A stretch of 64,000 nucleotides of DNA from Dehalococcoidia bacterium (GCA_034421335.1 DAOUKL010000102.1:2292-66291), one strand, 5' to 3'. Positions 45,681 to 54,399 are shown, counted from the first letter of the stretch. Program-made: numbers and translations. The notes: a model not told the origin generated them from the sequence alone.

Positions 45681-46139
45681 ATGGTGAAAAGCGGCGCGGC
45701 GACGGTGGAGGAGTACCTGGCCGAGCTCCCGCCAGAGCGGCGGGAGGCGATCGAGGTGGTGAGGCGGGTGGTGCTCGACAACCTGCCGGACGGCTATGAG
45801 GAGTGCATGCAGTTCGGGATGATCGGCTACGTCGTGCCGCTGAGCCGCTACCCGAAGACGTACAACAAGCAGGCGTTGCAGCTGGCCGCGCTGGCGTCGC
45901 AGAAGCAGTACATGGCCCTCTACCTGAACACCGTGTACGCCGACCCGGCGGAGTACGAGCGGTTCACGACCGCGTACCGGGCGACGGGCAAGCGGCTCGA
46001 CATGGGGAAGTCCTGCGTGCGGTTCAAGCGCCTCGACGACCTCCCGCTCGACCTCGTCGGCGAGACCATCGCCTCGGTGGGCGTCGAGGACTTCCTGTCG
46101 TTCTACGAGTCGGCCCGCCGAGACGTGAAGAGGCAGTGA
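45681..46139 (+). CDS. DUF1801 (YdhG-like) domain protein
   Basis: 152 aa. TVEEYLAELPPERREAIEVVRRVVLDNLP...LASQKQYMALYL...GKSCVRFKRLDDL. Confidence 0.7.
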   Translation: MVKSGAATVEEYLAELPPERREAIEVVRRVVLDNLPDGYEECMQFGMIGYVVPLSRYPKTYNKQALQLAALASQKQYMALYLNTVYADPAEYERFTTAYRATGKRLDMGKSCVRFKRLDDLPLDLVGETIASVGVEDFLSFYESARRDVKRQ

Positions 46140-46198
46140 GGGGAGCATCCCCTTCCATGGCCCTCCCCACGGAGGGAGACCAGTTAGAGAGGACAAGC

Positions 46199-47791
46199 AT
46201 GACCAAGCCACGCATAGCCGTGTTTTCGGGGCCGCGTTCGACGATTGCGAACACGCCGACGCTGGTGACGAGCAACAAGGGACGGAAGGAGGACGAGCCG
46301 CGGCTCGAAGGGCGGTTCGACCATCTCACGCCGCAGACGCTGCACGAGCCGGCGCGCGTCCGCATCCGCAAGTTCAGCGCCCACCCGCTCGAGGAGGACG
46401 CCCGAGAGGTGTACCACGACGACGGCAAGCCGTACTACGAGGTGGAGTTGCGCCCGGAGGACGGCGCGTACCTGCTGCCCTACGTGGCACGGCGCGCCGA
46501 CGGCTCAACGGACGGCGCGCCGTTCGAGGACGCCGACCTGCGCAACCCAGCCATCGGCTACGGCGGGCGGCAGTCCTTCTTCCCGGACGCGTCGCGGCTG
46601 TTCGAGGAGATAGACCGGGGGCTGAGCGGGCGCGGCCACGACGGCGCAGCGAGCGAGCTGGACCGGATCGCGGACTATGACTTCGTGCGGGCGCTGCCTC
46701 CGGCAGGCTACACGAAGCAGGGGGAGACGGCGGGGCGCGACTTCTTCCCGTACAGCCCGCGCCCCATCGGCAAGTTTCTGTCGAACGCTGCGATGGCGCG
46801 CGCGGTGAACGTCGTCCAAGCGACTATCGACTCCGGGCAGTACGACGGCTTCATCTGGCTGGAGGGCAGCCCGCACGTCGAGGAGACGCTCTACTGGTTG
46901 AGTCTCGTGCTCGACACCGCCCTGCCGTTCGTCGGCATATCGTCGCAGCGGGCGCACGGGACCCTCTCCAACGACGGGGACCGGAACATCGTCGACGCGG
47001 CGCGCTACATCGTCTCCGGCCTCGGGGCGGGGCTGGGAGCGGTCGGCATCGTGGACGAGCAGATATTCGCGGCGCGCACGTTCAAGAAGGGCGACGCCCG
47101 CCCCGGCGGCTACCGCGCGACGGGCGGCCACGGCGGCGTGCTCGGCGCCGCCGGCGAGGAGGTGCGCGTCTGGTTCCGTCCCGCGTACCGCACCACCGGC
47201 TCGTCGGAAGTCGCCGTGAAGAGCCTGCCCGCCGAGACTGTCTTCCAGGAGTACGGCGACAACCCTGCGACGGCGAGCGTGCGCATCAAGGACGGCGACG
47301 GCTCCCTGCGGGGCGACGCCATCGCGCCCGTGCACATCGTGAAGTACGGTCACTACATGGCGGAAGAGGACACGGCGGACCCGGACGTCGAGGTGGACAT
47401 CATGGCGCGCATCCGGCGGGGCGAGGAGCAGGAGGCGTCGGACGAGCAGGACAGTCCGAAACTCCACGGCTTCGTGCTTGAGGCGGCGTCCGGCACCGGT
47501 TCGGCTCTACCGAGCCAGGTGGCAGCGCTGGCGATAGCGGTCTACAGCGGGATGCCGGTCGTGCGGGTGGGACGCGGCGAGCCGGAAGGCCCCCTGCCCT
47601 CTTCGCCGAACGACCTGACGATAGAGGGCAGCAACCTGGACGCGACGAAGGCGCGGGTGCTGCTTCGGGCGGCGATGCTGAAGCTCGGGCGTCTACCGAA
47701 GGCGCGAGACCCGCGCAACCCGACCCCGCAGGAGCGCGAAGCGGCCATCGCGGCCATCACGCGCTACCAGGAGGTCTTCGACACGCACTAG
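46199..47791 (+). CDS. Divergent asparaginase/glutaminase-fold protein (530 aa) with altered catalytic motifs and large insertions
   Basis: RIAVFSGPRSTIAN aligns with the canonical TGGTIAG, GFIWLEGSPHVEETLYWL with HGTDTMEET, and FVGISSQRAH...NDGDRN with AMRP...DG..N. The C-terminal domain has ...GFVLEAASGTGS.... Confidence 0.6.
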   Translation: MTKPRIAVFSGPRSTIANTPTLVTSNKGRKEDEPRLEGRFDHLTPQTLHEPARVRIRKFSAHPLEEDAREVYHDDGKPYYEVELRPEDGAYLLPYVARRADGSTDGAPFEDADLRNPAIGYGGRQSFFPDASRLFEEIDRGLSGRGHDGAASELDRIADYDFVRALPPAGYTKQGETAGRDFFPYSPRPIGKFLSNAAMARAVNVVQATIDSGQYDGFIWLEGSPHVEETLYWLSLVLDTALPFVGISSQRAHGTLSNDGDRNIVDAARYIVSGLGAGLGAVGIVDEQIFAARTFKKGDARPGGYRATGGHGGVLGAAGEEVRVWFRPAYRTTGSSEVAVKSLPAETVFQEYGDNPATASVRIKDGDGSLRGDAIAPVHIVKYGHYMAEEDTADPDVEVDIMARIRRGEEQEASDEQDSPKLHGFVLEAASGTGSALPSQVAALAIAVYSGMPVVRVGRGEPEGPLPSSPNDLTIEGSNLDATKARVLLRAAMLKLGRLPKARDPRNPTPQEREAAIAAITRYQEVFDTH

Positions 47792-47802
47792 GGGCGCGCC
47801 GA

Positions 47803-47826
47803 CCCTCCCCACGCGGGTGGGGAGGG
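47803..47826. terminator. Hairpin (ccctcccc-N8-ggggaggg) between convergent genes; member of the CTCCCC/GGGGAG repeat family
   Basis: 8-bp arms at 47803-47810 and 47819-47826. Confidence 0.5.
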
Positions 47827-47839
47827 CCGGAGTGGGAGG

Positions 47840-48832
47840 TTACGCGGCGCCGAAGCGCGGGAAGCACTCGCGGGCGACGGTCTCGAAGACGTTGGCGCGG
47901 TCCTGGTCGGTGAGCCAGTCGATGTCCTCGATGACGGGTTTCAGGTCATCGAGCCAGAGGCCGGTGTTGGGGTCCTTCGACGAGCCGGTGCCCGGGCGCT
48001 CCGTGCCGAACATGCAGCGGTCCGTGCCGACAATCTTGAAGAGCAACTCGAGGCCCTCCTTGTTGTAGAGCACGGAGTCGAAGTAGAGCTTGCGGAGGCT
48101 CTCATCGAAGGGGGTCACGTTGGGGCGGCGCCAGCGGAGCGCGCGCCACCGCCCTATCTGGTAGGGGATGGAGCCGCCGCCGTGGCACATGATGATCTTC
48201 AGGCTGGGGAAGTCGTCGTACACGGTGGAGTCGCACAGCGAAACGGTCTGGATGCTCTCCTCGGTGATGAAGTGGCCGGTGTAGGACTCCCTCACGTTCT
48301 TGCAGGACGCGGAGTGCACGAACGCGGGAACGTCGTACTTCACCATGCGCTCGTAGAGGGGGTACCAGTACTGGTCGCCCATCGGCGGGGTGTCGTTGTC
48401 GAGCCCCTCGGAGGGGTCGGGGTTGATCATGATCCCGATGAAGCCGAGATCGTTGACGCAGCGGTCGACCTCTTCGAGAACGACGTCGACGGGCTCGCCG
48501 TGCAGCTGCGGCAGCCCCGCGACGCCCTGGTAGCGGTCGGGGTAGAACTCGACTGTCTTGGCGATGAGGTCGTTGTTGGCGCGGCAGAAGTCCTCGACCA
48601 GCCTTCCCGGCTTCTCCGAGTGCATGAGCTGGAAGGGGCGCGGCGAGAGGAACTGCATGTCGGTGCCCACGGCGTTCAGGACGGTCTCGACGTGGTTGTC
48701 GACCGTGGCCTTGAGTTTCTCGTCGGGGATGCCGCCCCAGTGGGTGTAGGCGCCCCGGCTGGAGAGCAGTCCGGCCTTGTAGGCATAGAGTTCGGGTGGC
48801 GCGTTCAGGTGTCCGTGGATGTCGATAATCAT
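47840..48832 (-). CDS. Amidohydrolase-2 family decarboxylase-like protein (ACMSD/LigW-like)
   Basis: 330 aa starting at MIIDIHGHL, with GGAGGAGG upstream. ...FVHSAS... and ...MCHGGGSIPYQIGR... follow. Confidence 0.8.
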   Translation of the reverse strand: MIIDIHGHLNAPPELYAYKAGLLSSRGAYTHWGGIPDEKLKATVDNHVETVLNAVGTDMQFLSPRPFQLMHSEKPGRLVEDFCRANNDLIAKTVEFYPDRYQGVAGLPQLHGEPVDVVLEEVDRCVNDLGFIGIMINPDPSEGLDNDTPPMGDQYWYPLYERMVKYDVPAFVHSASCKNVRESYTGHFITEESIQTVSLCDSTVYDDFPSLKIIMCHGGGSIPYQIGRWRALRWRRPNVTPFDESLRKLYFDSVLYNKEGLELLFKIVGTDRCMFGTERPGTGSSKDPNTGLWLDDLKPVIEDIDWLTDQDRANVFETVARECFPRFGAA

Positions 48833-48948
48833 GGGGTCTCCTCCTCCATAGTCCCTGCCACCTCCGCGTGGAGAGGGCGAGGGGGTGCTCGGCGTCATGC
48901 TAGCAGGTTCAGGGTGGTAGGATGCGGCAAACGGCAGGAGGGACACAG

Positions 48949-49731
48949 ATGCTGCTCGACGGCAAGGTGGCGGTGGTTACAGGCAGCGGGCCGAACATCG
49001 GAGGCGAGATTGCCCGGACGCTGGCGCGAGAGGGCGCGAAAGTGGTGTGCGTGGACTTTCTCGACGACCGGGCGGACGTGGCCGCCGCGTCGGTGCGGGA
49101 GTTAGGGGGCGACGCCATCGGCGTGAGCGCCGACATCTCGTCGCCGGAGGGCGTCGAGAGCGTCTTCGCAGCGGCGGACGAGGCCTACGGCCGCGTGGAC
49201 GTGATGGTGAACAACGCCGCCGTCAACAACGAGGCGGGGATACTCGACATCGAGTACGAGAAGTGGAAGTGGGTGCAGTCCGTCATCATGGACGGCACGA
49301 TGCTGTGCAGCCAGCAGGCGGCGCGCCGGATGGTGGCGCAGGGCGAGGGCGGGACGATCGTGAACACGGCGTCGACGACCGGCCACCGGGGCAAGGCGGG
49401 ATTCATCGCATACTCGGCGTCGAAGGGGGCGGTGCTCCAGATGACGCGGACGATGGCGATCCAGCTTGCGCCCTACGGCATCCGGGTGAACTCGATCACC
49501 CCGACGCAGACGGGTTCCAACCGCGGCACGACGCCCGGAGGCAGCAACGAGCCGCGCGCGGAGAAGCCGAAGAACATTCCGCTGGGGCGCTGGGGAGAGC
49601 CTATCGACCAGGCGCAGGCCGTGCTGTTCCTCGCGTCGCCGATGTCGGCGTTCGTCACCGGCGAGAACATCAACGTGGACGGCGGCCTGCTGGCGCTCTT
49701 CCCGTCCGAACGCGGGCTGATGGAGACGTAG
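48949..49731 (+). CDS. SDR-family oxidoreductase
   Basis: 260 aa starting at MLLDGKVAVVTGSGPNIGGEIAR, with YSASKGAV (YxxxK). AGGAGG lies upstream. Confidence 0.9.
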   Translation: MLLDGKVAVVTGSGPNIGGEIARTLAREGAKVVCVDFLDDRADVAAASVRELGGDAIGVSADISSPEGVESVFAAADEAYGRVDVMVNNAAVNNEAGILDIEYEKWKWVQSVIMDGTMLCSQQAARRMVAQGEGGTIVNTASTTGHRGKAGFIAYSASKGAVLQMTRTMAIQLAPYGIRVNSITPTQTGSNRGTTPGGSNEPRAEKPKNIPLGRWGEPIDQAQAVLFLASPMSAFVTGENINVDGGLLALFPSERGLMET

Positions 49732-49767
49732 CCACCACCTGCGGGGAGGGTCGTCAGGCGGTCGGGG

Positions 49768-50819
49768 CTACGCCCAGGGGTTGTAGGAGCCTACGTGCCA
49801 GAGCTGGCCGACTTCGGGAAGTAGTCGTCGTCAAGCTTCCTTAGCTGGAGCGGCTGACCGGCGCTGACGACCCCAACGTTGTACTCGATGAGCAAGCGAG
49901 TCAATTCGTTGCCATCGATAAGAATAATGCGCTGCGAGCCCTGGACTTGCTTCACGTAGTCCCGAGCAGCTGGGGTGAAGCTACTCGTGGTGACGAGTAC
50001 ACCTCTGTTCGCTCCATGTGAAACCAAGGCACCTGCGAAATTGCGTAGTTCGGGCTCGCCGACAGTAACTCCAGGTCCGTAACATTTCGCCTGTATGTAG
50101 ATCTTGTCCAAGCCTAGCAAATCTAGGTTTATAAGACCGTCAACCCCATGGTCGCCGGTTTTCCCCAGGCGCTGCCCGGAGTCCGGGCCGCCGTAACCCA
50201 TTGCCTGCATCAAATCAATGATGAGTTGTTCGAGGAAGTCGGATGGGGCTTTAAGGATGGCCGTGAGTAGGTCGTCTCGGAGGTTGCGGGTTAGCTCATC
50301 GTAGGCCATGTAGATGCGTTCGCCAGGTGCGGCCTCCTCGTACGTATTGCCGACATTGAGAGCAGTACCCTTACTAGCATCGTAGTCTTTTCCTCTGAAC
50401 TGTTGGTATTTCGGGAATCCCAAGAGAGTCTTCTCGTCAATCTCCCCCTTGTGGTTTTGGAAGAACTCTCGACCTGTATCTGTTGCAAGCGCATACCCTA
50501 AGTGCGGGCGTTCGACTAAGCCTGCCTTCACTAGGTACGTTATTGCCCAACCCACACGGTCAAGAACACGAGTTGTACTGCCGCTCGGGAGCGGGTCATT
50601 AATATCTTCCTCGCTGAGACCTAACAGTTGAGCGACTTCTATTGCGCAGTCTTTGTAGTGCTTCTCGTGGGTGAGAATCACACTTAGCACTGGTCGCAAA
50701 AAACTATAGAAGGCAGGTACTGCCATGGTGTCCTCCAGACCTCTCACTTTAGCATGATCGTCGTACCCACTCAGGCCCAGGGGTTGTAGGAGCCGACGTG
50801 CCAGAGCTGGCCTTCCGGG
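49768..50819. mobile_element. Low-GC ~1-kb inserted cassette carrying mrr, bounded by an imperfect ~48-bp direct duplication of the VOC gene 3' end
   Basis: Copy A (49768-49818) and copy B (50771-50818) both encode PE(V)GQLWHVGSYNPWA*. The 38-bp core (49772-49809 vs 50775-50812) has 1 mismatch. Interior G+C is 29/60 at 50101-50160, against 44/60 at 50881-50940. Confidence 0.65.
49791..50726 (-). CDS. mrr: Type IV restriction endonuclease Mrr (Mrr_N winged helix + Mrr catalytic domain)
   Basis: 311 aa. FYSFLRPVL...LPSGSTTRVLDRVGWAITYLVKAGLVE is the Mrr_N part. GDHGVDGLINLDLLGLDKIYIQAKCY...GVLVTTSSFT...IILIDGNELTRLLIEYNVGV is the catalytic part. GGAGGA lies upstream. Confidence 0.9.
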   Translation of the reverse strand: MAVPAFYSFLRPVLSVILTHEKHYKDCAIEVAQLLGLSEEDINDPLPSGSTTRVLDRVGWAITYLVKAGLVERPHLGYALATDTGREFFQNHKGEIDEKTLLGFPKYQQFRGKDYDASKGTALNVGNTYEEAAPGERIYMAYDELTRNLRDDLLTAILKAPSDFLEQLIIDLMQAMGYGGPDSGQRLGKTGDHGVDGLINLDLLGLDKIYIQAKCYGPGVTVGEPELRNFAGALVSHGANRGVLVTTSSFTPAARDYVKQVQGSQRIILIDGNELTRLLIEYNVGVVSAGQPLQLRKLDDDYFPKSASSGT

Positions 50820-51190
50820 TCGCGGACGGAGTAGAGGCTGCCGCCGTAGAACTGCTCCTCGAGCTCCATCACGATGTCCGCGCCGGCGGCTTTCGTGCGC
50901 CCGTAGTGGGCCTCGATGTCGGCGACGACGATGAGGGCGCACTGGGTGAGGAGGCCGCCGGGCTCGGACGCCACGACGATGTCGGCGGGATCGTCGCCGC
51001 TGTAGGAGCCGAGCATGATCATGCCGTTGCCGAGCGTGAGTTGCGCGTGGGCGATGGTCCCGTTCTCGCCGGGGACGACGAGGCGGCGCTCGAACCCCAG
51101 GACGTCGCAGAGCCAGTCGATGGCGGCGGGGGCGTCGCGGTAGCGCATCCCGGGGATGATGCTGGCTTTGAGGTCCGCCTGGCTGGTCAT
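50771..51190 (-). CDS. VOC/glyoxalase family protein
   Basis: 139 aa. ...AIDWLCDVLGFE...HAQLTLGNGMIMLG...YSVRDPEGQLWHVGSYNPWA. ATGA overlap with the upstream MFS gene. Confidence 0.8.
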   Translation of the reverse strand: MTSQADLKASIIPGMRYRDAPAAIDWLCDVLGFERRLVVPGENGTIAHAQLTLGNGMIMLGSYSGDDPADIVVASEPGGLLTQCALIVVADIEAHYGRTKAAGADIVMELEEQFYGGSLYSVRDPEGQLWHVGSYNPWA

Positions 51191-52458
51191 GGGGTCTCCT
51201 GTGCGCGGTTGCGGGCGCGGTGAGTTTCGGGAACGAACACCGCGAGGATGAAGGAGGATAGCATTCCCGCCGCCCCGACGATTCCGAGCGCGAGCGTGAA
51301 GCCCGATAGCGCGGTGGCGAGCGAGAAGACCGCCGGGTTGGTGGCGAAGCCCGCCTGCGTAACCTGGCGTCCGACGGCGAAGAAGCGCCCGCGCGCGCCC
51401 TCGGGCGCAAGGTCCGAGCCGACGACCTGCCAAGAGCCGGTGAGCAGGCTGTTCATCGTCTGCAGGACGACGAAGCCGACGACGAAGTAGCCGAAGCCGA
51501 GCCCGGTGAACGAGGTTACGCCGAGGAAGGCCATCGCGCCGCCGAGGATGGCGAGCCCCGGCACGATGGTCGTCTTGCGCCCAAAGCGGTCCATCAGGTA
51601 CCCGGCGGCCAAGGTGAGGGGTATGCCCGCGCCGGCCATCAGGCTGCTGAGGATGCCGAGCGTGCGCGGGTCGGCGTCGTAGGCGTACACGGCGTAGACG
51701 AAGACGGTGCTTCCCGCGACGACGCCGCCGCGCGCGGTCATGCCGAGCCACTGCGCGAGGAACAAGACGGGGATGGGATACGCGAGGAGCGACCTCCAGG
51801 AGAAGTCGGCGGCGCTCCCCTGTCCTCCGGCGCGCCGTGGGCGTCCGCCGGGGGCAGTCTCTGCTGTGAAGAGGCCGGGGATTACGGCGAGCAGGGCGAA
51901 GGAGCCCTGCAGGATGAACGCGACCTCAAGTCCGAAAGTAACGGCCACGACGCCCCCGGCGAGCGGCCCGGCGAGCGTGCCGACGTGCTGGATGCCGAGC
52001 AGGCTGGTAATCATGCGCCCCCGGGAGCCGGAGGCGCTGGTGTCGGCGATCATCGTGAGCCGGCTGAGGGTCCACATCTGCGTTCCCCATCCGCCGATGA
52101 AGCGGTAGAGGAGGAGCGCGCCGAAGGATCCGGCGGTCGCGGTGAGAAAGGCGGCGGTCGCGGTGAGGACCGGCCCGAGGATGAGGATGCGCCGCCTGCC
52201 GATGCGATCGAGCAGGTAGCCGACGGGCATACTGGCGACGAAGCCGCCGAGCATGTTGGCGACGAACACGAGCGAGGCCTCGCCGGGGCCGACGCCGAAC
52301 GACTTGGCGAACTCGGGAACGACGGGAACAGTGGCGCCCATGCCGAAGCCGAGCGAAATGGAGGGCAGGTGGAGCTGGAAGAACAGGCGCAGGAGCGACC
52401 GCCGACCGGCGTCCACGCTGCCGCCGGGTGGGGACTCGGGTGCGGGCGGCTGCGTCAC
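51187..52458 (-). CDS. MFS transporter
   Basis: 423 aa with a GTG start and 12 hydrophobic segments. The loop 2-3 motif is LLDRIGRRRILILG. Confidence 0.85.
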   Translation of the reverse strand: MTQPPAPESPPGGSVDAGRRSLLRLFFQLHLPSISLGFGMGATVPVVPEFAKSFGVGPGEASLVFVANMLGGFVASMPVGYLLDRIGRRRILILGPVLTATAAFLTATAGSFGALLLYRFIGGWGTQMWTLSRLTMIADTSASGSRGRMITSLLGIQHVGTLAGPLAGGVVAVTFGLEVAFILQGSFALLAVIPGLFTAETAPGGRPRRAGGQGSAADFSWRSLLAYPIPVLFLAQWLGMTARGGVVAGSTVFVYAVYAYDADPRTLGILSSLMAGAGIPLTLAAGYLMDRFGRKTTIVPGLAILGGAMAFLGVTSFTGLGFGYFVVGFVVLQTMNSLLTGSWQVVGSDLAPEGARGRFFAVGRQVTQAGFATNPAVFSLATALSGFTLALGIVGAAGMLSSFILAVFVPETHRARNRAQETP

Positions 52459-52562
52459 GCGCGCAGGTTACACGGAACGGCGTCTTCGGGGGAGGGGAAG
52501 AGCGCGCCGCCGCGTAAGCCCTCTCCCCAGCCCTCCCCCGTCTTCCAAGGGCGGGGACGCCG

Positions 52563-53690
52563 CTACCACTGGACGAACATTGGCATGACGACGTGGACGT
52601 AGTCGGGGTCGTCGAGGGGGCGGATGACGCCGGGGCTGGAGGAGGTGGTCATTTCGAGGGCCACTTTTTCCTTGCCGATGACGCCCAGCACGTCGCTGAG
52701 GAAGCGGCTGTTGAAGGCGATCTTGCCCTCCGGCCCTTCGATGTCGGCCTCGATGTCGCCCGTGTTGTCGCCGACCTCGTCGGCGCGTGAGGAGATGGTG
52801 AGCTTGCCGGTCTCGCCGGATTCGGGGTCGATAACGAGGCGGATGATGCCGGAGCCGTCCTTGGCGAAGATGGCGGCGGTGCGGGCGGAGCGCTGGAGCT
52901 CGCCTAGGTTGACCACGGCGCGGGTGGTGCGCTCCTGCGGGATGAGCTGGCTGTAGTTGGGGAACGTGCCCTGGATGAGCTGGGAGACGACCTCGATGTT
53001 CTTGAGCCGGAACATCGCCTGGCTGCGCTGGGTGGTGATGACGATGTCGACAGGGTCGTCGCCCTCGATGAGGCGTTCGACCTCGTTCAGGGTGCGCGCG
53101 GGGATGATGACGGAGAGCTTCTCGCCCACGGGGTCGAGCAGCTTGGCGGTGCGGACGGCCAAGCGGAAGCCGTCGGCGGCGGCGAACGTGATCTGGCCGC
53201 CTTCGAGTTCGACGTTGACGCCGGTGAGCACGGGCCGGGAGTCCTCGACTGCGGCGGCGAGGGCGACCTGGTGGATGGCCTCCTTGAGAGCCGCGCCGCT
53301 CATGCGGGTGGTTACGCCTTCGCCGATGGAGGGAATGGGCGGGAACTCGTCGGCGAGCGCGCCGTTGATGGACGACTGGAAGCGGTCGCCCTTGACCTCG
53401 ATGCCGCGCCCCTGGGCGTTGGTGTTGATCTCGATGGTCTGCGGGGGAAGGGAGTTGACGAAATCAATGAGGAGCCGCGCGGGGATGGTTACGGCGCCGT
53501 CGTCGTTGATTTCCCCGCCGACCCAGGTGCTGATAGCGATTTCGAGGTTCGTGGCGGAGAGTTTCAGCCTGCCCTCGTCGCTGGCGAGGAGCACGTGCTG
53601 GGTGATGGGGAGCGTGGTTCGCGTCGCGACGCCTCGCTGAACGATGCCGAGCCCGTGGCTGAGATTCTCCTGTAGGCATTTGAGCTGCAT
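52563..53690 (-). CDS. dnaN: DNA polymerase III beta sliding clamp
   Basis: 375 aa. MQLKCLQENLSHGLGIVQRGVATRTTLPITQHVLL...LKLSATNLEI..., with a three-domain length and the C-terminal ...PMFVQW. Confidence 0.95.
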   Translation of the reverse strand: MQLKCLQENLSHGLGIVQRGVATRTTLPITQHVLLASDEGRLKLSATNLEIAISTWVGGEINDDGAVTIPARLLIDFVNSLPPQTIEINTNAQGRGIEVKGDRFQSSINGALADEFPPIPSIGEGVTTRMSGAALKEAIHQVALAAAVEDSRPVLTGVNVELEGGQITFAAADGFRLAVRTAKLLDPVGEKLSVIIPARTLNEVERLIEGDDPVDIVITTQRSQAMFRLKNIEVVSQLIQGTFPNYSQLIPQERTTRAVVNLGELQRSARTAAIFAKDGSGIIRLVIDPESGETGKLTISSRADEVGDNTGDIEADIEGPEGKIAFNSRFLSDVLGVIGKEKVALEMTTSSSPGVIRPLDDPDYVHVVMPMFVQW

Positions 53691-53740
53691 ATGCGGGACC
53701 TCAAGATGTTGTGGTTTCGGGGCGGGGCGGTTGGCGGCCT

Positions 53741-53769
53741 AGTATATGCGGACGACGGGCAGGCTTCAA
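53741..53769 (-). promoter_or_regulatory. Sigma-70-like promoter for dnaN (TTGAAG-N17-TATACT)
   Basis: On the minus strand, the -35 TTGAAG is the complement of 53764-53769 and the -10 TATACT the complement of 53741-53746, with a 17-nt spacer. It lies ~50 nt upstream of the dnaN ATG. Confidence 0.5.
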
Positions 53770-53910
53770 CGGCAAAGCCGGGACAACACGTCCACAGGCG
53801 AGAGCCGCGATTCTTTGCTGCGCTCAGAATGACAGAGAATGAGCGCGCTCGATGGTTATGCAAAGTCTCTGTGGGAGATGCCCGAAGGGCCGAGAGGGGC
53901 GGAAGGTGCC

Positions 53911-54399
53911 TTACTGAGTCGCCAGGAAATCGACGAGAGCGTCGAGGTCTGCCGCCGGGATGGTGTCGGCGAAGTCGACCGGCATGAGGCCGTCCTCGTA
54001 GCCCTCGGTGATGGTGGCGCTAGGGTCGACGATGGACTCCCGGATGAAGTCGGTGCCCTTTGCGCCGATGCCGGTGAGGTCGGGCCCGACCGTGGCCTGG
54101 GCCTGAGGGACGGATGCGAGCGTGTGGCAGGTGGCGCAGCCGTTGGCGATGATGAGGCCGGCGCCGCCGGCTATGCCTCCGCCGGCGGGAACCGGCGTGA
54201 AGGTGGGGGTCGGCTCGACAGTGGCGCCGGCGGGAGGCGCGCAGTCGTCGCCGGACGCGCCCACGATGCGGCCGTCCTGGGGAAGGAAGCACTCGGCGGC
54301 TGCGACGGTTTCCCCGCCGCCTCCGCAAGCGGTCGCCGCGAGCGCGGCGAGAGCGAGGACGGCGAGAGCGACGAAGGCAGCCGGACGGCGAAGGGCCAC
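53911..54399 (-). CDS. c-type cytochrome lipoprotein (single CxxCH)
   Basis: GTG start with GAGG 6 nt upstream. Signal and lipobox LAATAC. The haem motif is ANGCATCH, followed by GPDLTGIG...DGLMP. Confidence 0.75.
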   Translation of the reverse strand: MALRRPAAFVALAVLALAALAATACGGGGETVAAAECFLPQDGRIVGASGDDCAPPAGATVEPTPTFTPVPAGGGIAGGAGLIIANGCATCHTLASVPQAQATVGPDLTGIGAKGTDFIRESIVDPSATITEGYEDGLMPVDFADTIPAADLDALVDFLATQ

